Positions 24,101 to 35,200 of a stretch of DNA of 64,000 bases are shown here, in pieces. The stretch is from Lama guanicoe (lineage: Eukaryota): NCBI GenBank assembly GCA_013239625.1, contig MU054001.1:1677884-1741883 (forward strand), in the 5' to 3' direction. Positions within the stretch are counted from its first letter, which is position 1, and every line of letters starts with the position of its first letter. The position numbers and the translations under genes are program-made. The notes below the pieces were generated by a model. It was not told the DNA's origin. It ran no database searches and saw nothing but the letters and a program-made list of their open reading frames with translations.

Positions 24101-27096
24101 GAGCAGAATGGCTGTCAGGTGACAGGTCCCAGGAGGGCCAGTGCAGCCTGCGTGTCAGTGTGCTCGTCTTCCCTCGTGTCCGCACCACCGTTTTCCCACA
24201 CCAGGGCCCACAGAGTTCAGGTGTCTGAGTTGGGGGCAAATTCAGGAGTGTGAGCGCCTCACGCGGATGCCTGCCTTCACCCAGAACACTGCCACGTGGA
24301 CTGGTGTTCAGACTTGAAATGACACCCACGTGAGGGTAGTTCCATCGAATTCTGATGTCTTAATTACCTAAAATTATATTTTAAAATGGCTTTTGAATGT
24401 GGGTGGGTGAGATCTATTGTCCATAGTCACAAAGGCAGTAATTTGATACATAGTCTCATTGACCTAAAATTTAACGTCCAGCATTACCTACAGGTTGGTT
24501 TCCAAGATGGTGTGTTTTAGGGAAGCTGATTTCTGGGAGGAAAACTTGATTCTTTGTGTATCCCTGTTTGGTTTTAATGTCTTAATGTGGGGCCCGCTTT
24601 TGGCCATATTTCTCTGTGAGCAAATGCTCAGAAGCCAGTAAACGGGCAGCTGTCAGGGCCAGGTGACAGGTTGTGATGGCTCGGTCTGTTTGGTTAGGGC
24701 ATCAGCTGCCCCTCGAGGGACTCCTCGCAAAAAATGAACGTGGGTGGTTTGGTCTATATGTGTCATTTCCATCCATCAAATCTCACTGTTTTGCTTCTGT
24801 TTTAGTACCTTGGTTGTGAAACAGAAGTTACCAGGTGTCTATGTGCAGCCATCTTATCGATCTGCATTAAGTAAGAAGGATTCACTTAATTTATAACACA
24901 TTTGGTTCCTCTGACACAAACATAGCCATTAACGGTGTATATTTTTTCCTACAGTGTGGTTTGGAGTAATATTCATACGGCACGGACTGTATCAAGATGG
25001 TGTATTTAAGTTTACAGTTTACATCCCTGATAACTACCCAGATGGTGACTGCCCTGTAAGTAGGGGGCACAGCCTGGCTTCATTTCTTGGTCAGCGAGGA
25101 GGGCTTAACAGGCTTTAAAGATTTCTTGCTTCTTTTCCTGACCTAATGCGTTTATGATTTCAGTTTCCCAGAATCTCTTACCTACTCAGCAGCCTGTCAC
25201 GGGGGTTTTTATGCCTTGTTGCGTCTCTGGCTGTGCTGGCCTCTGCCCTTAGCTTTACCGGCTTCTCCGCTCGGCACGCGCGCTGAGGCTCAGTGCAGCA
25301 CTTACTGTGTGAGCGGTGACTGTGCCGTGGCAGGGGAGAGTGACTTTCCCCCGCTTCGCTGCAAAACTTAGTTTTACAGGAAGACACTGAAAATAGTTAA
25401 AGTGTCCTCTTGAGGCAGCTCTTTGACTTTTAAGCAACGTGACGGCCTTGTCCTGAAGCCCCTTTTGCAGCTCTCTGTGTGGGTCTGACAAGCTCTATTG
25501 CTGCCATTAATGGATGTGTCTCTCTTTAAATCCAGCGCTTGGTGTTTGATATTCCGGTCTTTCACCCGCTCGTGGATCCCACCTCAGGTGAACTGGATGT
25601 AAAGAGAGCATTTGCAAAATGGAGGTTAGTAAATAAGTGTTTCTTCTGGTGACATAAGCCAGCAAGAGGAAGCCTCAGTAACCCTGTCATGTTTCCCTTT
25701 AGGCGGAACCATAACCATATTTGGCAGGTCCTGATGTACGCAAGGAGGGTGTTCTACAAGATTGATACAGCAAGCCCCCTAAACCCAGAGGCTGCAGTTC
25801 TGTATGTTACTTTGCTTTGTTGTTTAAGAAGAATTTGAAGATAGTGAAGTAGATCACATTGGTAACTTTTTGATTTAAACTTTTACAACAGGTACGAGAA
25901 AGATGTTCAGCTGTTTAAAAGTAAAGTGGTTGACAGTGTTAAGGTGTGCACTGCTCATTTATTTGACCAGCCTAAAATAGATGACCCGTATGCAATTAGG
26001 TGAGTGCTGATTATCCAGAGAAACTGCACTTTGCGGCACTGTGCTTCCATTCTCCAGCTGGCCTTAGAATGGGGATTTAAAGGGAAAGTGTGTAATCTGT
26101 TAGCCACAACCTTTCTAATTCGGTTATAACTTGACTTCTGCTTTACGTGGACTGACACGTTGTGCCAATAGCAAGCCTAGAGACTTTGGTTTCCTAATGT
26201 CACACGTTCAAATATCAGGACTCCTTTCCAGCTGGCAGTTTTAGCTGGAGCCCCTTTTAAACTCCCTTACCCCATCAGCGTACAGATTGGTGGAAGGAGG
26301 GAGATGAACAGTGTGTGAGCGATCAGTATGCACGACGGGTTCGTTGGGCACTGTGATACGAATCGGGGAAGAGGGGCAGAGGAGTACTGAGAAGTTAAGG
26401 AGCTGGTGATTTAGCTCTTTGGCAGCACTGATGCTGCTGGTGGGGCAGCGCAGTGTAGTGGTCAGGAGCTTGGGTGGTCTGCAGTTAGACTGGGTGGCTT
26501 TTCCTGACGGGCTTTGGTGACCCAGAGTGGTTACTTTCACTGTGGCTCACAGGACTCCAGGGGTGTTGGGAGCAAACCCACGTAAAGTGCTCTGTGAGGG
26601 ACGGTTATATGAGAAAATCAGAGAATGTCTAAAACTTACATATTGACGACTAAAAACTGTTCCCTGTTAAGTTTTGTTAGGGGAACTGGCTTAAAAATGT
26701 AAAAATGGACATTAAACAGATTTAGTGAGCAGTTTGTTAATGTTTTTCTCTTCCTTAAGCTTTTCTCCGTGGAATCCTTCTGTACATGATGAAGCCAGAG
26801 AGAAGATGCTGACTCAGAAAGTAAGTAGATGACCATTTTGGAAGCAGTTAACTCGTTTGCTTTCTAAAATGTCTTCATCGGCGACTGCTCAGTACATACA
26901 GATAACTTTTGGGGAAACCAGTCTGTACAGTGCTGACATCTCCTCATCGGTTATTTTTTTAATGTCTGTTTTTCATTGTGCCTAGAAGAAGCCTGAAGAA
27001 CAGCACAATAAAAGTGTTCACGTTGCTGGCCTGTCCTGGGTAAAGCCTGGCTCGGTACAACCTTTCAGTAAAGAAGAGAAAACAGTAGCAACTTAA
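21086..27096 (+). CDS. AKTIP: AKT-interacting protein (FTS/Ft1), spliced CDS, 293 aa (292 with the distal NAGNAG acceptor)
   Basis: join(21086-21127,22424-22629,24806-24870,24955-25055,25536-25624,25703-25801,25892-25999,26760-26820,26986-27096) = 882 nt, all GT-AG, open frame [21 protein letters not shown]...[14 protein letters not shown]...[12 protein letters not shown] fold with Asp where E2 enzymes have the catalytic Cys. Confidence 0.97.
21654..21788 (-). mobile_element. tRNA-derived camelid SINE in AKTIP intron
   Basis: Reverse-complement A/B boxes; TSD atacagcta at 21645-21653 / 21789-21797. Confidence 0.85.
22424..22629 (+). CDS. AKTIP: AKTIP coding exon 2
   Basis: tag|[18 protein letters not shown]...YLEYSLLAE(F)|gtgagt. 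Confidence 0.95.
24806..24870 (+). CDS. AKTIP: AKTIP coding exon 3
   Basis: tag|[21 protein letters not shown]|gtaaga. Confidence 0.95.
24955..25055 (+). CDS. AKTIP: AKTIP coding exon 4
   Basis: cag|(M)[33 protein letters not shown]|gtaagt. Confidence 0.95.
25536..25624 (+). CDS. AKTIP: AKTIP coding exon 5
   Basis: cag|[29 protein letters not shown]|gttagt. Confidence 0.95.
25703..25801 (+). CDS. AKTIP: AKTIP coding exon 6
   Basis: tag|[32 protein letters not shown]|gtatgt. Confidence 0.95.
25892..25999 (+). CDS. AKTIP: AKTIP coding exon 7
   Basis: cag|[35 protein letters not shown]|gtgagt. Confidence 0.95.
26760..26820 (+). CDS. AKTIP: AKTIP coding exon 8
   Basis: aag|[20 protein letters not shown]|gtaagt. 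Confidence 0.95.
26986..27096 (+). CDS. AKTIP: AKTIP last coding exon
   Basis: tag|[39 protein letters not shown] at 27094-27096. Confidence 0.95.
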   Translation, partial: KKPEEQHNKSVHVAGLSWVKPGSVQPFSKEEKTVAT

Positions 27097-27750
27097 GAGC
27101 TGGTGACTCTGGTGCACTGTGCACTTTCCTGCTGGACTCGGGCTGGTGACAGCTGACCGATGGCAAAGGACTGCCTGCAGAGTAAAACAGTGTGAACGGT
27201 GACTGATGTCGGTGTCGTCCGTGAGTGCTTGGGTTCGAGCCGCGAGTTTTGGAAACCTCTTTACGTGATGCGTTACTTCTGTCAGAAGTGCTTTAGGGCG
27301 GTTATCTAGTTCAGTGCTCCAAGTTACTGGGGACCTTGAGGCTTAAGTATTTTTCTGAATATAATGCTAAAGGTAAGTTGCATTCATTTAAACTAATAAA
27401 GTAGGCGGAGTTCAGCGCTATCTAATGATTTCTGAATCAGTGGTTCCAACCGTACATACGTTAGGATGTGGAGGACAGGTACGGAGAGCAGTTCCCATAG
27501 CTGATGAGCACTTTTAAGTGGAAGATCATTTGAACCTCAGGCCTCAGCCTACTGTGTTACTAATATACGAACTGCTGTCACTGAGGTACATATTAGGTGG
27601 GTGAGAGGAAACCAGAACACTCGTTCATAGTTTTTTTAAAAAGCAAATTACTTACTGTATTTTTATGGCAGGAGGGAGAAAAAGTGTTAAAATGGTTTCT
27701 ATTGAAGTCAGATATTTAAATGATGAATGACTAATGTGTTTTGTAGAGAC

Positions 27751-27764
27751 AATAAACCAATAAA
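27751..27764 (+). terminator. Candidate AKTIP polyadenylation signals (AATAAA x2)
   Basis: AATAAACCAATAAA followed by T-rich sequence; further AATAAA at 27395, 28081, 28156 and 28238. Confidence 0.6.
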
Positions 27765-27843
27765 TGATTGTTCTTTGTCATTTATGCAGGAAACTAAATA
27801 CTCTTTTCTCAATATAACTAAACAAAGATTAATTTATAAATGC

Positions 27844-27849
27844 TTTATT
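27844..27849 (-). terminator. Candidate RBL2 polyadenylation signal
   Basis: TTTATT on + strand = AATAAA on - strand, ~1.27 kb past the RBL2 stop. Confidence 0.65.
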
Positions 27850-28497
27850 GAAAAATACACTTATTTTCATATAAAATTACAGTAGCAGTAAGTATCTTGA
27901 GAGGTTTTATAAATATTTTTGCAGAACACTATTCTAATTGAACAGTGTAAGTTCCATATTTCTTTCAGAGCAATATGAAGTTACCTAGTAACTTTGTTTA
28001 TACTGATTCAATTTACAATTGAATTTTCTCCCTAATAAGATTATTCATTCAACTTTAAAACTGCTGGAACAATAGTGATTAATAAAGGTATATATAGATA
28101 ATTCAATAGCTGTTAAATTAACATTTTCTAATTTGTATAAATGGTACTATGTACTAATAAAAACCTAAATTCTCCAAGCTTTTTTTTTTTTATTTAACTG
28201 TCAGGAACACATCCAAAGATTTAAAATATATCACCTTAATAAAGACACATGTCTTTTGGATAACTACCTCCTAAGGAAGAGGTCATAATTTTTCATAATA
28301 ATCCCCTTAATTCACCTTGATTTAAAATCTTTACTTAGCCATCCGATCCCTATTAACAAAACACTGGAGAATTTAAAACACACACCCAAAAGGTAGCTAT
28401 TGGAGCTTTAACAGTTTTTAAAAAAGTACAAAAGCATCGAAGAAGATACTGAATTAAGTTCAGCCTAGAAGTTTTGTACTCAAAGTTCACATTGTAG

Positions 28498-28565
28498 AAA
28501 GTGCCGTCGCAAATATACAGCAAAATCTAGGTTACAAAATCATGCCTTTTACAGCCCTAAAGTGC
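28498..28565 (-). promoter_or_regulatory. Two miR-17/20/93/106 seed sites in the RBL2 3'UTR
   Basis: GCACTTT (28504-28498) and 8mer GCACTTTA (28565-28558); RBL2 is an established miR-17-92 target. Confidence 0.75.
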
Positions 28566-29114
28566 CACTTCTTATACAAGTTCACTCACACACTGCACCA
28601 CACCTAAGTGGGGGAGAGGGAAGAATTACACAAAGGGAACGGGAGACTGGGACCAATAACCTAGGACCTCCAGATCTGGGCGCTCTACCTTGTCACCTTT
28701 TGGGAATGCAAAAATCTCACACTCCTACCAAGTGTTTTAGGACAAAATACCTAGTTTTTGTCTTGCTTTTCATGAGGGCCAGAGGTGACCACAAAACAGG
28801 TAGGAATGAATTGAAAAACAGTTCCTCTGCTGGAACATGTTAACAGAGACCTCTTATTCACCTACTGGAGTATGCTTTGTTCTCTGCAGTACTTGTAATA
28901 GCTTTGCCAAAGAGTGAAAAAAAAAAATCCAAGTTTGGATTCTAAGTACTCTTGATGGCAAGCACTGACTGGTAGGAAAAAAGGCAGTTGGGATGAGTAA
29001 AAATATCCTAAGGATACTGGAAGGATTAAGGAAAAGAGCCCCATCATCTAGCATGCATTAAATGATGCTGCTAAACAGTTTGTGAAGAGACAGTTTCAGT
29101 ACAACAGACTAACC

Positions 29115-29285
29115 TCAGTGGGAACCTCGGTCATTTGCTACATCTTGGAGACGGCGTAATAAGGCAGAATGATTTTCTGGGCAAATTCTTTTTGCAGGTG
29201 ATTCACTTCCATCTTCCAAAAGAATCCCTCTCTTTTTGGTTGGAGTTTCTCCTGTCCGTATCATACTGTTAATTTCTCTCAGTCT
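29115..29285 (-). CDS. RBL2: RBL2 exon 22 coding part
   Basis: [19 protein letters not shown]...DRGSH* (TGA at 29117-29115). Confidence 0.95.
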   Translation of the reverse strand, partial: RLREINSMIRTGETPTKKRGILLEDGSESPAKRICPENHSALLRRLQDVANDRGSH

Positions 29286-32200
29286 CTGGGGGGGGGGGTA
29301 GGATAGATATAAAAACTTTAAAACTGTAATACATGTAGTTCTGTTTAAGTCACAGAACCTCAAATGAGTTAAGCAGTTTACCTTGAAGAGCTGGAATATC
29401 TTTATAAAGAACTGTAAAAGTTTACATCCTTCCAATTTTATGTCTCAGTTGGCTAAGACTGATGATTTTCTGGGATAGAGGCAGAATATTTCTGTTTTTT
29501 TTTTAACAAGCTCCAGAGGTGATTTTGATGTACACTTTTCCACAATGTAAAAAGGTCACAAATTTTTTTTTAACAACAGTTATAGAGCATCACATTGCTA
29601 TAGCATATTTAATCGATACGTCTCCATTTTCATTTTTTAAAAAATAGCATGATTTTACACAGTATTATACCCTTTTTTGTCCCAGTCTAGTGTTACTCTC
29701 TTTTTGGCAGTCATGGAATTTCACAAGAGAAGCCATAATTCCCTGAGGCATCCAATTAGGTAATTTATTAGTATGATCTGTAATTCTAGAATGTACTAGT
29801 TAGTTATATATTATCCTTGGGAGAACTGAGAAAAGTCAGGCGAATTATTTTCTGTGTTCTGTGGTTCACATGAGGAACTCGGATTGAGAAAAACATTGCC
29901 AGAGTGCTAGAGAGACTGGATCTATTTATAGGTACCATCAGCATGAAGTCTCTCCAGAGCCCCAAAGTCAGTTATGACGTTTATTTTCTGGTAGTTAAAT
30001 TTTTTTTCCTGTGCTGCTGTCATTGTCCCTGTTTCCTAATGTAAAGCATACTGAGGATATTTCACATGCATTTATTATTATAGGAAATTTCAAACATACA
30101 TGGGAAAGTAGAAGAGTCAGTGAATCCTCACACCCCACTTCGGCAGTTTTGGCCAGTCTTATTGAATCTGTACCCTCATTACTTCCTCGTCCCCCAGAAT
30201 GTTTTAAAGCAAATCCTAGGCATATTTATACTAGTTTTATTATTTCAAAATAATAAACTTTTCTGAGATTTTAAATAAAATCACCAGTGTTTTCTATTAT
30301 CAGTATATGCACCTTCTCAAATCTTAACTATCTTAAGAAAGCTTTCCTGACTCCCTTTTACCCTCTTGCCTTCCTAAGTCTGTCTGCACTTCCTATCTCT
30401 ACTCTCTTATATACTTGAGTATTCCTTAAATTGTTAATTGTATACATTAATTGTATAAATTTGCATATAATGTATACATCATTATGTGATGTATATATTG
30501 TGCAGTCTATAATTGTATACCTTAATATACATAGCACAATATTGTACATTAATGTTATGTATAACTTATATACAGTATGCAGTTTTATACACCATAATTG
30601 ATACAACATGTATATGATAGTTTAAAAATGAATAAATTCTTATTCCAAACAAATTCATACAGAACACACCTAGACTGCTTAGCCTCACCCAGTCCCTTGG
30701 GACACCTACTATCATCATTCATTCCCTGAACAAATCAGGCCACTGTGTAGATGTCTACTCTTCTAGGAATGCACTCATTAGAAATGTAATGTGCATTAAG
30801 TGAGGTTTCAAAAATATTTAAATGGTACATTTTATGTACCATTTGGAATATTTGTTCAGCTAACATTATGTCTTAGGTCTTCTCATATCAGTGTATATGG
30901 ATCCCATCTCTCTAACTGCTCTATGATATTCTATGGTACATCTGAATCATAGTTTAATCCCCTACTAATGTATTATTTCCTCCCAATTGTTTACTACTAT
31001 AAGCTCTATTATCGTAACTTATTGTTTAACAAGTTGTACCAATTCACTGAAACTGCCCTGACAAGTGTCACTAACGATTAATCATCTGACTTGATCTTGT
31101 GTGGTGTCTGATACTTCTTTTCTCATGGTAGTGTAAACGTCAGGTTATCATAGGTTGGTTCTGGACCTTGAGGTACTTCTTGCTTTGTAATATTCTTCCT
31201 TGATCTCAGCTATTACCTACTAAGTTGTGATGCAAGTCTTTCTCCAACAGTCTAATAATACTGCTGTCATTTACTGAAAAAACTCCCAATTCTTTGCTAG
31301 ATTTTTTTTTTTTGAAACATCTCCAAGTAGTGATAATATACAGGCAGGATTGAAAACCACTGAATTGGACACTTAAAAAAATGTTTTGTGCAAAAAAAGT
31401 TAGGTTAAGTTTACATACAGTTACAATTCACCCATTTAAGCCTAACAGTTCTGCATGTTTTGACACATACGGTCATGTTACCACCACAATAAAGATAAAA
31501 TAGTTCCTTCATTCTGAAGAATTCCCTCATTCCTAGTTAACCCACTTCCAAGTAACCACTGATGTTCCTTGTCCCTGTAGTTTTGTCTTTTCCAGGATGT
31601 CACGGAAGTGGAATTATATAGTAAGTGGTCTACCGAATCTAGTGTTTCATTTAAGCACTGATGCATCTGAGATTCATCTTTTTTGCTGAGTGTATCAGTA
31701 GTTTGTTCCTTTTTACTGCAAAGTAATAGTCGTGTCTGGGGGTACCACAGGTTTGTTTATCCATTAACCAGCTAAAGTGGGTTGTTTTCCACTTTTGGGC
31801 AATTAGGACTAAAGTCATCAGAAACATTCATGTACATTTTCTATAAGAACCTAAGTTTCATTCCACTTGGGTAAATACCCAGCAGTGGGATTACTAGCTA
31901 TATGGTAAAGATATGTTATCCTTTAAAAGTAACTACTAAGCTGTCTTCCAGGTACAATGGCTCTGTGATACCACTTTGCGTACTTACTAGCAATATATTA
32001 AAGTTACCACTGCTCCACATCATCTCCATGATTTGTTACTGTCATTTTCTTAGATTTTAGCATTCTAATAGGCATGTAATGGATGCAGTGTTTCCAAATC
32101 TTGTGCCCATTTCTAAACTGGTTGGTTGTTTTCCTGTTGAATTGGATAATCCTGTTGCTAGAATCCTAAGCATTCTGAAGTTAGTAAAGGCCAAGATTTA

Positions 32201-35200
32201 TATTAGGCTCACCTTTGAAGGACTGTTGCTGAAGTAGTAGAAAATCTTTTCTCGAGGAGAAAGCATTGTTTCATTTTTATGTGGGGAAATGTAGACAGGA
32301 TGATTTTGAGACAACTGTATTCGGCGAGGAGAGCCTGTTCTTACAAATGGGTAAGGAGAGAGTGGAGGAGCATCCATCTGTTAAAAAAAAAAATCAGTAT
32401 TTCTAAGAAAGGTAAACAAGATTTCTAACCAGGTACTTTTTTTTGAAAATGGTTATTTTCATTCAAAGAGTGAAGAGGTGTAATAAACCAGCAGCTTAAG
32501 GAATGAATGGTAGACAGTGACAGCCCAACAGCAACAATTAAACCTAAAGAAAACCACACAAATAGCAAAAATTAAGTGCTGACTTTGTGCCAGCCACTTT
32601 TTTAAGCATTTTTAATACATCATGCTATACAATCCTCACAACAAGCTTTCTGAGCAAGGGACATGTATTCCCACTTTATAAGAGGAAACAAGAGGCACAG
32701 AAAAAGCTAAATAACTTGCAAGATCACCACAGCTGGCAAGTTTTGGACAATTTGAACTCATGCAATTTGTCTCGTATTACTATACTTTGTTGGGAATCCA
32801 AATACCATCTTATTCTTGTTTAATGCTTCACAATAATAGAAATCATGCTGGTTATGCAAATTATTTGTTAGAGACTTCCTTAGTTTTACTGAACAAAAGA
32901 ATTATTTGTAAAACTGGTTTACAAAGAAGTAGCTTAAACATAAGTGACTCCTCATTCCTCACAAGTGAAAAAAGTATGAAATAATCCCCATTGAACTTAC
33001 TACATTTGCCTGTGAATACTTCATGGCAAATGTTTTAATCTGTTTTATGTAGATGTTGTTGTAGAACTGAATGAGGTCTCCCCTCTCCTCCTCTTCCACG
33101 TCGCTGTTGGCACCTGTGAGGCGAGTCGGTGTCGGAGGGGCACTGCTCGGCTGTGGAACCGGCAGGGTGCTGCTTGACCTCATGACAGGGCTGGAGTCTC
33201 TGCTGGCTGCAACCGTGGGACAAAGAGCGTTAAACAGAAAGACTGCGAGTGCACTCTGTGTTTAAAAAGAGAATCCAGTAAGACAAGGGTGCACAGAGCT
33301 ACCTGCTCTGCTTGTTTAGTGGCAGCAAATGGGCTCTCTGTTCCTCATGCCAGGGAGCAAAGTGCAGATAAGAATGAAGTACTAACTTCATCGCCATGCT
33401 CTACACGTAGCAAGGGCCTCCTGAGTAGTTTTCATTAATTTACACCAAATTTTCTAGGACCCGAGCCCTACATGAAGTGGTGTAAATCAATTCAGGATGG
33501 TATTTCCATAGCATGGTTTCAGTTGACATGTCACATTTTTCTGGAACTCAGGTCAACAAATTCCTGCCTTCTCTAACCTCTAATTCCCCTGGAGGAAAAA
33601 AACGTTGTACACAATGTGCCTCAAAGCCATGGGATAAAGGATAGACAACTTTGCTATAAATTTAGAATTAGGTTTATTGTTCCAACAAATCTTTTGCCAA
33701 TAAAATATTTTCATAGTTTCTATAGCAGTAATTTCATTTAGTAATCCTTAGTTTCTAGGCCTAAAAAAAGGAGAGAAGGTCCTGATTTTGCTTTTTAAGA
33801 GTTCATAAAGATCACACTTACTTCTGTCTTTGTTTAGTTCTGTTGGAGAATTCTGATGGCTTCTGCTATCACTACTGCCAGAATTTCTTCTTTTCCTTTT
33901 CCCTTTTATCAAAACACTTCTATACACCTTTAGAGAAATCATGAGACAGGAACAGAAACTAATATTTATTGAGTGCATCCTAGACTGCATGACCTTGACA
34001 TGTTGCTTAATCCTCACAACTCCATATGGTGATAGTCCTAATCAGGGGAGGTTAATAAATACAGCGAAAGTTATAGATACATCTATTAAGTAACACAGGA
34101 TTTACATCAGGGCCTTCAACGTCCAAATACTGCCTATAATACCGCAGAGCAGTAATAGTATCCAACCATAAAATCAAGTCATTCTAGGTTAAACACAAAG
34201 ATCTTACATACACCTACATCTATGACATACATGAATATCATTAAAGGTAAATGAGTTTTAAGATTTCATTTTATGCTATCTTGGTTAAATGTACAGTACT
34301 GTGTTTCCTCAACCAGACTGAATTCAAGGTGACACAATCCAAACAGCTTCCTAATCTATTTTGGGATTATCTGAATTAAGAAGGAATCAAATATTTCACA
34401 TTATTACCTTTGGGGGAAAAGAGAACTTAACTAATCAGGATATGAAGCTGTCTGTCAATAATTAAATAAGATTAAAATAAAGGCTTCACTTAAAGTAGTC
34501 TTAGTTTATTCTGGAGAAAAGGCCACAGAATCAACTGAAGTTAACTTTCTGTATTCATCAAAGACTTTAACCTTTATTTTCAGCCCTGAGAGGAAACTGT
34601 AGTTACCTGGCTCCGGGCCTGTGGCTGAGTCCTATAACAACGCATAATATTCTGGAAGGACTTGTCTTCTTTTGTGACCTGGCAAAGAACACGAGTATTT
34701 TGAGAGAGAATTTAACTTCCAGCATAGTTCTGTGAGGTGCTCTGTGAAAATGCTCCCCTGTGAAACTGGTGAAAATTATATAAAAACAACCACTTAAAGT
34801 ATCTGCAATGGTCCTAAAAGCATACAACAAATGAATATATATTCAAGAAAATCTACTAAAATTCACTAACAACAGAGGGAATAAATGGTTTTTGAATGAA
34901 GACCTGGAATAAAAAAATTGCAGTAGCAAAAAATTCACCAGAGGAATGAAAGAGTAGATTTGAACTAGCAAAGAAAAAAATTTAGCCAACTTGAAAATGG
35001 AGACTGCAATCCAAAGAACAGAGAAAAAAAGAGTGAAGAAAAGTTAACAGCTTCAGAGAAATGTAGCACACCATTAAACACACCAAGATACACAAAATGG
35101 TTACCAGAAGGAGAGGAGAGAGAGAAGCAAAAAAAAGAAAGGCTGAAAGCTTCCCAAACTTATTTTTAAAATATTAATCTACACATCCAGAAATCTTAGT

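Noticed and set aside
25170..25360. CpG-rich patch and antisense donor TAG|GTAAGA in an AKTIP intron
   Set aside because: A single motif is expected by chance, and no matching acceptor or ORF supports it.
30430..30620. AT-rich TA/TG low-complexity tract with an 83-aa ORF
   Set aside because: Degenerate simple repeat.
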